Positions 40,844-50,450 of a stretch of DNA of 64,000 nucleotides are shown here, piece after piece. The notes beneath the pieces are model-generated. The model was not told the DNA's origin, made no database searches, and saw only the letters and a list, made by a program, of their open reading frames with translations. The position numbers and the translations under genes are program-made. This DNA comes from Alphaproteobacteria bacterium (lineage in GTDB: Bacteria > Pseudomonadota > Alphaproteobacteria > UBA2966), in NCBI GenBank assembly GCA_964291395.2, contig OZ219856.1, forward strand, positions 1,216,001-1,280,000. Reading direction: 5' to 3'. The first letter of the stretch is position 1. Each line of letters begins with the position of its first letter.

Positions 40844-41725
40844 CTACTCCGCCGCTTCGGGTTCCAATTTGTCCTGCGTCCTCAGTTCGAAGTCACTGGC
40901 GTCGTGGCGTTCGTGCAGTTGCGTCTCCGGCTCCCCTTGGACGCGGTTGACCATGCGCCCGCGCTTCACGGCCTCGCGGTCGCCGATCTGATCGGTCCAT
41001 CTGTTGACGTGCTTGTAGGAGGGCGCGTCGAGAAACTCGGCCCCTTCATAGAGCCGGTTCAACAGGAGTTGGCCATACCACGGCCAGATGGCCATGTCGG
41101 CGATCGTGTACTCGTCGCCGCACATGTATTCGTTCTCCGCCAGGTGACGGTCGAGCACATCCAGTTGGCGCTTCGTTTCCATGGCGAAGCGGTTGATGGC
41201 GTATTCGATCTTTTCCGGGGCGTAGGCATAGAAGTGGCCGAAGCCTCCGCCGAGATAAGGCGCGCTGCCCATCTGCCAGAACAGCCATGACAGGCATTCG
41301 GGCATGTCGGCGGGATCTTTCGGCAGGAATTCACCGAATTTCTCCGCCAGATAGAGGAGGATCGCGCCGGACTCGAACACCCGCGTCGGTTTCGGGGCGC
41401 CGCGGTCCATCAGCGCAGGAATCTTGGAATTGGGATTGACCCCGACGAAGCCGCTGCCGAACTGGTCGCCATCCCCGATCCTGACCAGCCAGGCGTCGTA
41501 TTCGGCCCCGCCATGGCCCAGCGCCAGCAGTTCCTCGAGCAGCACGGTGACCTTCACGCCGTTCGGCGTGGCGAGCGAATAGAGTTGCAACGGGTGCCTG
41601 CCGACCGGCAGCTCCTTGTCGTGCGTGGGGCCCGCGATGGGGCGATTGATGTTGGCGAACCGTCCGCCGTTCTCCTTTTCCCATGTCCAGACCTTGGGCG
41701 GGACGTATTCTGACGCGTCATTCAT
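40844..41725 (-). CDS. yghU: Glutathione-dependent disulfide-bond oxidoreductase (GST Nu class)
   Basis: YVPPKVW, INRPIAG, LYSLATPNGVKV, NPNSKIPAL, ERHDASDF. Confidence 0.92.
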   Translation of the reverse strand: MNDASEYVPPKVWTWEKENGGRFANINRPIAGPTHDKELPVGRHPLQLYSLATPNGVKVTVLLEELLALGHGGAEYDAWLVRIGDGDQFGSGFVGVNPNSKIPALMDRGAPKPTRVFESGAILLYLAEKFGEFLPKDPADMPECLSWLFWQMGSAPYLGGGFGHFYAYAPEKIEYAINRFAMETKRQLDVLDRHLAENEYMCGDEYTIADMAIWPWYGQLLLNRLYEGAEFLDAPSYKHVNRWTDQIGDREAVKRGRMVNRVQGEPETQLHERHDASDFELRTQDKLEPEAAE

Positions 41726-42021
41726 TCCGGGAACTCCCTTCAGGCGGCCGTGGCCTCAAATTCCGGCGCGACCCGTTCGGTCGCGCGGATGCTCGCTCCG
41801 GCTACGTTTAGCACACTGCGCTCCGATATGGGGCTTTCGGGCTGATCGCCCGGACCGGGCCGCCGGTTGCCCGAGCTTGCGGCGCTGGCTATACAGGAGC
41901 GCCCGCGACGGGCGCCATGGCGGGGTTTCGTACGGTTTTCCTCTGCCGCATGTCGCCCGCATCCTCAGACGGATATGACGGCTTGCGGACCGGATCACCG
42001 CCATGCCGGGAGATGGTTGAA

Positions 42022-42726
42022 ATGGATGTCCACGCCAGCATCAGCGAAGCCTTGAAGGCGGGGCGCAGCACCCTCGACGAGGAAAGCGGCAAGCGGGTGC
42101 TGGCGGCGAACGGAATCAAGGTTCCGGCCTCGCTGCTGATTGCGGAACCCGACGGCGCATCCGGCGCATTCACGAAATTGAGTCCCCCTCTCGTAGCCAA
42201 GATCGTGTCGCCCGACGTCGTCCACAAGAGCGACATCGGCGGCGTCAAGGTCCGCATCGGCTCGGCCGAAGAACTCGAGACCGCGCTGCGCGAGATCGAA
42301 TCCGCCGCCAAGGCGCACACGGACAACATCGAAGGGTATCTCGTCGAAGAAATGGCGCCGGCAGGTCACGAGGTAGTGGTGGGCGGTTCAACCGACCAGA
42401 CCTTCGGACCCATCGTCATGTTCGGCCTGGGCGGGATTTTCGTCGAGGTCCTTGCGGACGTGGCCTTCCGCATCTGCCCCATCACGCCGGTCGATGCCCG
42501 GGAGATGATCGACGAGCTCAAGGCAGTGAAGCTCCTGCGAGGTGCCCGGGGAGGCATTCATGCGTCGGAAGAGGCCATCGTCGATACGCTGCTCAAGGTG
42601 GGCGGCGAGGACGGAATGATGCTCGCGCTCGAGGGCAAGGTCACGGAGATCGATATCAATCCGCTCATCGTGTCCGAGAACGAGGCCATCGCGGTGGATG
42701 CACGGTTCGTCCTGAAACGGGACTGA
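42022..42726 (+). CDS. ADP-forming acyl-CoA synthetase beta (ATP-grasp) subunit
   Basis: KIVSPDVVHKSDIGGV, FGPIVMFGLGGIFVE, EIDINPL, AVDAR. Confidence 0.88.
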   Translation: MDVHASISEALKAGRSTLDEESGKRVLAANGIKVPASLLIAEPDGASGAFTKLSPPLVAKIVSPDVVHKSDIGGVKVRIGSAEELETALREIESAAKAHTDNIEGYLVEEMAPAGHEVVVGGSTDQTFGPIVMFGLGGIFVEVLADVAFRICPITPVDAREMIDELKAVKLLRGARGGIHASEEAIVDTLLKVGGEDGMMLALEGKVTEIDINPLIVSENEAIAVDARFVLKRD

Positions 42727-42734
42727 CCGGCATC

Positions 42735-44210
42735 ATGGGCGGCAGCGTTCGATCATTGGTCGCCGAGGCCGATATTCGGGAGCGGTTCCGCCCGCTCTTC
42801 CAGCCCCGCACCTATGCGATCGTCGGTGCCTCGACCTCCAAGGTGACTCTCGGCAACGAGATGATCCATCACCTTCGCAGCATGGATTACGACGGCGTCG
42901 TCTATCCGATCCATCCCAGGGCCGATGAAGTGGAGGGCCTGAAGGCCTATCCGTCGCTCGGCGAGACGCCCGAGCCCGTGGATTTCGCCTACATCGTCGT
43001 CGCGGCGCCCCAGGTGCCGGAAACCATCGCCGCGGCCGGGGGGCGCGTGAAATACGCGCTCGTGGTCTCGAGCGGCTTCGGCGAGCGTGCGGAGAGTCGA
43101 GGCCTTCAGGAACGTCTCCTGCGTTCGGCGCGCGAGGCCGGCGTCCGCGTCATCGGCCCGAACTGTCTCGGCACGTACTGTCCAAGCGGCCGCGTCACCT
43201 TCATCGCGGGGTCCGCCAGGGACCCCGGCCCGGTCGGCGTCATCTCGCAGTCGGGTGGTCTGGGGGTCGATATCATCCGCCGCGGCAGCATCCGCGGCAT
43301 TCGCTTCAGCCGTCTCGTGACGGTGGGTAACAGCGCCGATCTCGGCGCCAACGATATCCTCGAGTTCTATGCCGCGGATCCGGCGACCAAGGTGATCGGG
43401 CTCTACGCCGAGGGGATCGACGACGGCCGCCGTTTCTTCGAGATCCTGCGGAATCTCGATGGCGAAAAGCCGATCGTTCTGATGAAGGGCGGGATGACGG
43501 AGCAGGGGAAGCGTGCCGCCGCTTCCCACACGGGAGCGTTGGCCAGCGACGAACGCGTCTGGTCGGCACTCGCCGAACAGACGGGACTCGTGCTCGTCGA
43601 TACGCTGGAGGAATTCCTGGATGCCCTGTTGGCGTTTCAGTTTCTGAAGCCCAGGGTCGATCACCCGACGCGAGACGTGGTGATGTTCGGCAACGGTGGC
43701 GGCGCGAGCGTCCTCGCGACCGATTTCTTCGCGCGGGCCGGTTTGGAAGTGCCTGAATTCGGGGATGAGACCACCCGTTTTCTCGAAGGGATGAATTTTC
43801 CGCCCGGGACGAGCATCGACAATCCGATCGATGCGCCGGGTGGAACGCTGCGGGTGGATGATGGGCGCATCGCCGGGAGGATCGTGGACGCCGTCTACGC
43901 GTCGGGCGAGCCCGACGCGTTCGTCATGCACATCAACGTTCCCGTCTTCACCCTGTCCTACGACCAGGAGGCGGACTACACCGCGCACATGGTGGAGTCG
44001 TCGTTGGAGGCCCAGACGCGGGCGTCGGCGCGTACCCATTTCCTTCTCGTGCTGCGCTCCGACGGGTCGCTGGAAGTCGAGGAGCGCAAGGCCACCGATC
44101 GGCAGAACGTTCAGGCTCTGGGCGTTCCGGTGTTCGACGAGCTGCCTAACGCGGCGGGCGCTCTCGCGGCGATGCGCCACTACGAACGCTTTCTGCAGAA
44201 ACGGCTCTGA
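42735..44210 (+). CDS. ADP-forming acyl-CoA synthetase alpha (CoA-binding) subunit
   Basis: IVGAS, IGPNCLG, SQSGG, phospho-His AAASHTGALA, NPID. Confidence 0.88.
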   Translation: MGGSVRSLVAEADIRERFRPLFQPRTYAIVGASTSKVTLGNEMIHHLRSMDYDGVVYPIHPRADEVEGLKAYPSLGETPEPVDFAYIVVAAPQVPETIAAAGGRVKYALVVSSGFGERAESRGLQERLLRSAREAGVRVIGPNCLGTYCPSGRVTFIAGSARDPGPVGVISQSGGLGVDIIRRGSIRGIRFSRLVTVGNSADLGANDILEFYAADPATKVIGLYAEGIDDGRRFFEILRNLDGEKPIVLMKGGMTEQGKRAAASHTGALASDERVWSALAEQTGLVLVDTLEEFLDALLAFQFLKPRVDHPTRDVVMFGNGGGASVLATDFFARAGLEVPEFGDETTRFLEGMNFPPGTSIDNPIDAPGGTLRVDDGRIAGRIVDAVYASGEPDAFVMHINVPVFTLSYDQEADYTAHMVESSLEAQTRASARTHFLLVLRSDGSLEVEERKATDRQNVQALGVPVFDELPNAAGALAAMRHYERFLQKRL

Positions 44211-44295
44211 TCTCCTCCGGCAAGCCGCCGCGAACGCCAACGGAAATCGTGTCGGGACGACATGATCGCCATGTAGGATCGCCGGAGTCCGCCGC

Positions 44296-45198
44296 TCACG
44301 CCGGGGGTGGCGGCGAGACCACTTCCTCGTACGGATGCTTCCGCGTGATCAGCCCGGCGTGGAGGAACACGTCCTGCGTCGCCTCGTAGGCTTCCGGCGT
44401 GATCTCCACGTGCGGTGTCCAGCAGCCGAGTCCCTGATAGAAGGCGATGGTATCGATCAACACCGTGGTGTGGATGTCGGGAAAGAATTCTTTCTCGGCA
44501 CGGGCGATTTCCGCTGCCGGCGTATCGTTGACCCAGGCGCGTGATTTGCGGTAGGCGCGCATGAACGCGGCCGCCATGTCGGTTTCCAGCCAGTCCCGCA
44601 TGCCGGCGAGGCTCGAAAAGGCGCAGGGGCCGATGGCGGCGCCGACCGACGCGACGACGTGGCCGACGCCGTCGTGTTCCAGCTGCTGAGGCGCGGGGCC
44701 TTGTTGATGGATGTAGGTCCCTTCGCCGGCGCGGAAGGCGGCATCCATCGAATCGACGTCACCGGCGTCCACCGCATCGATCGAGGCGTAATCGAGGCCC
44801 GATTTGTGGCAGGCGTACTTGAACATGGCGAGCGGCTGCCCGAAATGGTCGACGAGGACCTTCTCGCCGGCGAGCTTGCTCCAGGAGAAATCGGGGTCGG
44901 GTTCCCGCGCCGCGACGAGGAAGCCGTCCATCTCGTTGATCTGGGCAAAGTGCGCGAAGTCCGGTTTCTGGCCGCGTTCCAGCACCAGGAAGCCTTGCGC
45001 TGGTGCCGACTGCACGACATCCGACGTGCCGTCGAGCAGGGACGCGATGGCCGACTTGCCCGGCGGCGACACGCGGTACTCCGGTTCCAATCCTTCTTCT
45101 TCGAGGAAGCCCGCGGCGATGGTGCCGATCAGCGGACTATAGAACGCGGAGAAGCGCGAGAACTCGATTCTGATCTGGGTCAAGGTTCGGGCCTCCAT
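44296..45198 (-). CDS. NMT1/SsuA/THI5-like substrate-binding protein
   Basis: GFLEEEGLE, FSWSKLAG, AFMRAYRKS pattern; no clear signal peptide. Confidence 0.65.
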   Translation of the reverse strand: MEARTLTQIRIEFSRFSAFYSPLIGTIAAGFLEEEGLEPEYRVSPPGKSAIASLLDGTSDVVQSAPAQGFLVLERGQKPDFAHFAQINEMDGFLVAAREPDPDFSWSKLAGEKVLVDHFGQPLAMFKYACHKSGLDYASIDAVDAGDVDSMDAAFRAGEGTYIHQQGPAPQQLEHDGVGHVVASVGAAIGPCAFSSLAGMRDWLETDMAAAFMRAYRKSRAWVNDTPAAEIARAEKEFFPDIHTTVLIDTIAFYQGLGCWTPHVEITPEAYEATQDVFLHAGLITRKHPYEEVVSPPPPA

Positions 45199-45292
45199 GA
45201 CATGTTCTTCGGTGTCCGGGCGCGCGGCGGCCCGGACATCTTGCTACGCTATGCCATGTAGGACACGATCATCAAAGGGCGTGGGAGCCTCC

Positions 45293-46330
45293 ATGAAGTG
45301 GTCACGCAGCATGACGGTGGTGGGCGCCCACGCCGAAGGCGAAGTCGGCCGGGTGGTCACCGGAGGCGTGCTTCCGCCGCCCGGTGACACGCTTTTCGAG
45401 CAACGTGAATACCTGCGCACCCGGGACGACGGCTTGCGCAAGTTCCTGTTGTTCGAGCCGCGTGGCGGCGCCTTCTGTCACGCCAATTTGATCGTGCCGC
45501 CCAAGGACCCGCGAGCCCGGGCGGGCTTCATCATCATGGAGGCCACCGACTACCCGCCGATGTCGGGCTCCAACACCATGTGTGTCGTCACGGTGCTGCT
45601 CGAGACCGGCATGGTGGAGATGGAGGAGCCCGAGACGCGGCTGACATTGGAGACTCCGGGCGGACTGATCGAGGTCGCGGCGACCTGTCGGGACGGAAAG
45701 TGCGAATCGGTCGCCGTGACCAACGTGCCGTGCTTCGCCTCCAGACTCGACGCCGTCGTGGACGTGGAGGGTCTCGGGACGCTGTCGGTCGACATCGCCT
45801 ACGGCGGAGCCTTCTTTGCCATCGTCGATTCGCAGGCGCTGGGATTCGACCTGACCGGCTCGGAAGCCCGCCAGCTCGTCGAGACGGGGGAGGCCATAAA
45901 GGCGGCTGTCGCCGAACAGCATCCCGTCGCGCATCCCGAGAACCCGGATATCCACACCGTGACCTTCGTCGAGTTCGCGGCCCCCCTGGAAGTGGACGCA
46001 GGGGGACGGAAGGTCGGTCGCAACGCCGTGGTGATCTCGCCTGGAAAGATCGACAGATCCCCTTGCGGTACGGGAAGCTCGGCCCGCCTCGCGGTGCTGC
46101 ACGCGCGCGGCGAGGTCGGTCCCGGCGAGACGTTCCTGAGCCGGTCTCCGATCGATACGGAGTTCAAGTGCCGGATCGTCGAGACGGTCGAGGTCGGCGG
46201 CGTCCCGGCGATCGTGCCCGAGATCGCGGGACGGGCCTGGATCACGGGCGTTCACGAGTTCGGACTCGATCCCACCGACCCGTTTCCCGAAGGCTACACG
46301 CTCTCCGACACCTGGTACCGCGCCCTCTGA
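45293..46330 (+). CDS. Proline racemase superfamily enzyme (Ser/Cys dyad)
   Basis: HAEGEVGRV, FEPRG, PPMSGSNT, DIAYGG, DRSPCGTG. Confidence 0.92.
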   Translation: MKWSRSMTVVGAHAEGEVGRVVTGGVLPPPGDTLFEQREYLRTRDDGLRKFLLFEPRGGAFCHANLIVPPKDPRARAGFIIMEATDYPPMSGSNTMCVVTVLLETGMVEMEEPETRLTLETPGGLIEVAATCRDGKCESVAVTNVPCFASRLDAVVDVEGLGTLSVDIAYGGAFFAIVDSQALGFDLTGSEARQLVETGEAIKAAVAEQHPVAHPENPDIHTVTFVEFAAPLEVDAGGRKVGRNAVVISPGKIDRSPCGTGSSARLAVLHARGEVGPGETFLSRSPIDTEFKCRIVETVEVGGVPAIVPEIAGRAWITGVHEFGLDPTDPFPEGYTLSDTWYRAL

Positions 46331-46388
46331 CGACTCGGTTTATTCACGGAAGTCGGACCCAAGGATCGCACGCGGGAAATCCGGACGC

Positions 46389-47135
46389 TCAGTCCGCACC
46401 GATTCGGTATTGTCTGAGGGTTTCGTAAAAGGGTCGGCACGTTTCGGCCAATTCGGCCTGCGCGTCGGACAGCTTGGGGCGGGATGCCTTCGGAGGTGCG
46501 AAGCCGGTCGAGGCTTCCACGCTGGCGTACCAATGTTTGGCCCAGATGCCGTCCGTGCTCCGCGGGCCGATGGGCCAGCTCAACATCTCTTCCCGGAAGG
46601 ACAATCGGAGGGCCGCGCAGAGGGCCTTCAGAACCTTCTCCGGATCTGCCAGCACGTCCGCCGAATCCAGCACGGGCGGGGGATCGCTCCGCTCGCGCAT
46701 GACCGCGTCGAATATGCCTGCCTGCTGGGGGTATCCGAGGTCCTCCGGTGTCGCGGTCTCCCGCACCCGTTCATACGAGGCCACCACGTCACGTGGATCG
46801 CGAATCAGAAAGCAGTTGTGAAGACGGCCCAACCAGGCGTGACCGACTTCGGGAAGGATGTGGTGGGTCATGTGCTTCTGGTACCAAACCGGCCGTTCGT
46901 CAGGCGGCGGGCCGGTGATCTGTTCCACGATCTCTCGCCAATCGGTCGGCATTGCGCGGATGATCTCGTCTCGCCCGGGATGATCCGCCCCCGTCCGGCG
47001 CAGGTAGTAGCCGTAAAACGGTTCGTCCGTGACCACGGCGTCGGGGCGGTTCTCCCAGGCCCGCATCAACGCGGTGGAAACGTTCCGCGGTCCCGACCAC
47101 ATGGCGATGCGGACGGTCTCGGTTCCCCCCTTCAT
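46389..47135 (-). CDS. Sulfotransferase-like P-loop protein
   Basis: RIAMWSGPRNVSTALMR, DEPFY, YQKHMTHH, FLIRDP, DGIWAKHWY...STGF. Confidence 0.8.
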   Translation of the reverse strand: MKGGTETVRIAMWSGPRNVSTALMRAWENRPDAVVTDEPFYGYYLRRTGADHPGRDEIIRAMPTDWREIVEQITGPPPDERPVWYQKHMTHHILPEVGHAWLGRLHNCFLIRDPRDVVASYERVRETATPEDLGYPQQAGIFDAVMRERSDPPPVLDSADVLADPEKVLKALCAALRLSFREEMLSWPIGPRSTDGIWAKHWYASVEASTGFAPPKASRPKLSDAQAELAETCRPFYETLRQYRIGAD

Positions 47136-47145
47136 GATGCAGGAC

Positions 47146-48606
47146 TCAGGCGGCGAGACGCCTTTCGCTCAGGACGGCTTCGGCTTCGGCCTCGATGGCG
47201 GTGCCCTTGAAGAAGTCCGGGTTCATGCCGCCGTGCATGGCGACGGCGTTGGCGAATGTAAAGTCGCGGAAGTCCTCATGCGTAAGGACACCGTCCTCGA
47301 CCAGTTCGTAGGATTGGGCCAGCACCTTGGTGGCGTCTTGGACATCCCAGTGCCCGATGTCCGACCCCAGCATCGCATTGAACCGGACGTTCATCTCGTT
47401 CACCCGGCGGTCGAAGGCCCAGGCGATGCAGCGGTCGTCTGCTTCGCAGCCGAAGAAGAAGTTGGGAATGAACAGGTCCCGGATGTCTTCCTCCGTCTCG
47501 ATGGCGCAGGCCGCCCATTCGTCGAGGTCCGCCTCGTCCTCCGGGTTGTTCCAGAACGCCGGATTGATGTAACCGACCAATTCTTCGGCTTTGGCCTTGA
47601 CGCGGTCGCCGCCATGCTCGGTGATCAGGGCGAGCAGCGCGTCGCGGTCGATGTTGGCAGGGTTCAGGTCACGCTCGAGGGCGTTTCGGTTTCGCTTCTC
47701 CCAGTGCTCGATGATGTCGTGGTAGAGGCTCACTGCCCAGGCGACGCCGCATTCCAGAAAGCCGATCCTGAGGTCCGGAAAACGCCGGGTCACGCCACCG
47801 AAGAACATGGCCTTGCAGCACGCCTCCGATGACTCGGCGAAGTTGTGGATGTGGTTGTAGTTGAAGCTCGTGGGCGAGGTCCGGTTGGGCCAGCCCATGC
47901 CATGACTGTGGGTCGTGGGCGCGACCTTCAATTCGCGGCATTTTGCCCACAGCGGGTCGTAGTCGTACAGGCCGTCCATGCCCAGCGGGTCGAGCCAGAA
48001 GGATGCGGCCACGGCCCCGCCGGCTTCCGTTTCAATGGGACGACGCACCACGCCTTCCATCATCATCGCCTTCATGCCGAGCTGATGGACCGCGAATTCG
48101 AGCTCTTCTATGGCCTCGTCCGGTGTGTGCATGGGGATGGTAGCCACGGTCATGATGCGGTCCCCGTGAGCCCGGAAGGCATCGGCGTTCATGAGGTTGT
48201 TGGCGCGCACCACTGACCGGCGAAGCTCGTCGTCTGCGATCGCCAGCGTGTGCAGACCCAGAGTCGGGTAGACGATGGTGAAGTCGATCCCGAATTCGTC
48301 CATGCGTTCACGCCACAGGCGCGGCACCATGGCGGTGGCCCGGTCGACTGTCTTACCGGCCAGGGCCCAATGAGGCGGCCGCTTGATGCGCCGCTCGCGC
48401 ACCTCGTCGCGCGAGCGGTTGTACCAGCCCCAGAACCGGCCATTCGTCATCAGGCTCTTGTAGCGGTCGACCATCCCCGGCCCGGCCACTTCATCGAGGT
48501 AGCCGTGGAGGACCGGTTCGATCTCGATCATGTGCCCGTCGTTGTCGATGACCGGGTGGTCGAGCGTCTCCCGGATGGCGGCAGAGTCCGTTTTGCTGTC
48601 GTGCAT
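47146..48606 (-). CDS. Amidohydrolase_2 family protein
   Basis: IDNDGH, YPTLGL, YDPLWAKC, GGVTRRFPDLRIGFLECG, GSDIGHWD. Confidence 0.85.
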   Translation of the reverse strand: MHDSKTDSAAIRETLDHPVIDNDGHMIEIEPVLHGYLDEVAGPGMVDRYKSLMTNGRFWGWYNRSRDEVRERRIKRPPHWALAGKTVDRATAMVPRLWRERMDEFGIDFTIVYPTLGLHTLAIADDELRRSVVRANNLMNADAFRAHGDRIMTVATIPMHTPDEAIEELEFAVHQLGMKAMMMEGVVRRPIETEAGGAVAASFWLDPLGMDGLYDYDPLWAKCRELKVAPTTHSHGMGWPNRTSPTSFNYNHIHNFAESSEACCKAMFFGGVTRRFPDLRIGFLECGVAWAVSLYHDIIEHWEKRNRNALERDLNPANIDRDALLALITEHGGDRVKAKAEELVGYINPAFWNNPEDEADLDEWAACAIETEEDIRDLFIPNFFFGCEADDRCIAWAFDRRVNEMNVRFNAMLGSDIGHWDVQDATKVLAQSYELVEDGVLTHEDFRDFTFANAVAMHGGMNPDFFKGTAIEAEAEAVLSERRLAA

Positions 48607-48831
48607 GCTGAATCCCCCGAATGGGCGGGTCGGTCAGGTAGACGTTAGCATTCCTCTCCGGGCAACCACAGGCGGGTAGGGGGAAGCGGAACCGCAAACG
48701 GCCCGGCCAATGAATGCCGGTTGCGGTTTTCTTGAATTCCTCACCTCCTCCTGGCGTCGCCTTAGGCTACGCAGAGGCGGGAGAAAGGGGAGAGGGTGGA
48801 AAGGGGCGTGCTCGGATACGTGAGCCCGGCG

Positions 48832-49053
48832 TCAGACTTCCAGGACCGCGATCTCCTGATCCTCGGTAACCTCGTCACCCTCGCCGACCAGGAATTCCTT
48901 GATCGTGCCGTCGGTGTCCACCATGACCGGGATTTCCATCTTCATGGATTCCAGGATCATGATCTCGTCGCCGTCGGAGACTTCGTCGCCGACGCTGGCG
49001 ACGATCTTCCATACCTTGCCCGTCATTTCCGATCTGACACGTTCTTCTGCCAC
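48832..49053 (-). CDS. Minimal biotinyl carrier protein
   Basis: ESMKMEIPV; single 73-aa domain. Confidence 0.9.
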   Translation of the reverse strand: MAEERVRSEMTGKVWKIVASVGDEVSDGDEIMILESMKMEIPVMVDTDGTIKEFLVGEGDEVTEDQEIAVLEV

Positions 49054-49089
49054 CGCGAATTCTCCTGGTTCGGTGTTTCCTGAGCGCCG

Positions 49090-50439
49090 TCACGCCTTGA
49101 GGGATGCAACGACCTCTTCCGCCAGTCCCGTGTGCACGGCACCGGAGACGAAGCTTTCGTTCTTCAGCGTCTCCCGGATGAACGGGATGTTGGTCTTTAT
49201 GCCGTCGATCTCGAATTCGTCAAGGGCGTCGCCGAGTTTGCGGATCGCGCCGTTCCGATCCCCTGCGTGGACGATGACCTTGGCGATCAGGGGGTCGTAG
49301 TAGGGGGTGATCGTTCCGCCTTCGGCGAAGCCGGTATCGACCCGGATGCCATCCCCGTGCGGGGGACGGAACACGTGGAGAGGCCCGGGAGAGGGAAGGA
49401 ACTTGATCGGGTCCTCCGCGTAGACGCGTGCCTGAATGGAGTGACCCGAAACCTCCACGTTTTCCGGCATGATGTCGTCGAGCCGGTAGCCGTAGGCACT
49501 CTTCATCTGTGCGGCGACGATATCGATCCCTGTGATCTCCTCCGTCACGCCGTGCTCCACCTGAAGCCGGGTGTTCATCTCGAGGAAGTTGAAGCCGCCG
49601 TCGCCGTCATAGAGCGTCTCGATGGTGCCGATGTTGTTATAGCCCATCCCGGTCAGAATGCCGGCCGCCGAGTCGGCCGGTCGCACGACCACCTCGCGGG
49701 CGAGAGCCGGCGCCGGCGCTTCTTCGATCACCTTTTGATGGCGGCGCTGGACGGAACAGTCGCGTTCGAACAGGTGTCGCGTGTTGCCGTGCTCGTCCGC
49801 CACCATTTGGAACTCGATGTGCCGCGGCTGTTCCAGGAGTCGCTCGAGATAGACCTCCGCGGTTCCGAAGCTCCGCTCCGCCATCGACCGGGCGCGCTTC
49901 AGCATCTTCACGAGTTGCTCGCCGTCCCGGGCCGGCAGCATACCGATTCCCCCACCGCCGCCCGCGGGCTTGATGAGAACCGGAAAGCCGATCTCCTCGG
50001 CGGCGGCGAGCGCCGCCTCGTCATCACCCAGTACATCGGAGCTCGACCCCATGGGCATGCCGTGCTCCTTCATCATGTCGCGGGCCCGGGTCTTGTGACC
50101 CATCGCTTCGAGCCACCGCGGGGCGGGTCCGATGAAGCGGCAGTCCGAGGCCTCCACGCGCGCCGCGAACTCGTGGTTTTCCGCCAGGAATCCGTATCCG
50201 GGATGCAGGCCGTCGGCGCCGGTCCTCTTCACGACGTCCAGAATGGCGTCTTGATCGAGATAGCTCTCCGCCGGCGCCGCACCCCCTATGCAATGGGCCT
50301 CGCTGGCTTCGGCGAGATAGGGGGCGTTCTCGTCGGCTTCCGAATAGAGGGCGATGGATTTGACGCCCAGGTCATCGAGGGCGCGGATGATGCGCGCCGC
50401 GGCAGCGCCGCGATTCGCGACGACGACTTTTTCGAACAT
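49090..50439 (-). CDS. Biotin carboxylase (second copy)
   Basis: [44 protein letters not shown]. Confidence 0.93.
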   Translation of the reverse strand: MFEKVVVANRGAAAARIIRALDDLGVKSIALYSEADENAPYLAEASEAHCIGGAAPAESYLDQDAILDVVKRTGADGLHPGYGFLAENHEFAARVEASDCRFIGPAPRWLEAMGHKTRARDMMKEHGMPMGSSSDVLGDDEAALAAAEEIGFPVLIKPAGGGGGIGMLPARDGEQLVKMLKRARSMAERSFGTAEVYLERLLEQPRHIEFQMVADEHGNTRHLFERDCSVQRRHQKVIEEAPAPALAREVVVRPADSAAGILTGMGYNNIGTIETLYDGDGGFNFLEMNTRLQVEHGVTEEITGIDIVAAQMKSAYGYRLDDIMPENVEVSGHSIQARVYAEDPIKFLPSPGPLHVFRPPHGDGIRVDTGFAEGGTITPYYDPLIAKVIVHAGDRNGAIRKLGDALDEFEIDGIKTNIPFIRETLKNESFVSGAVHTGLAEEVVASLKA

Positions 50440-50450
50440 GGAAATCCCGG

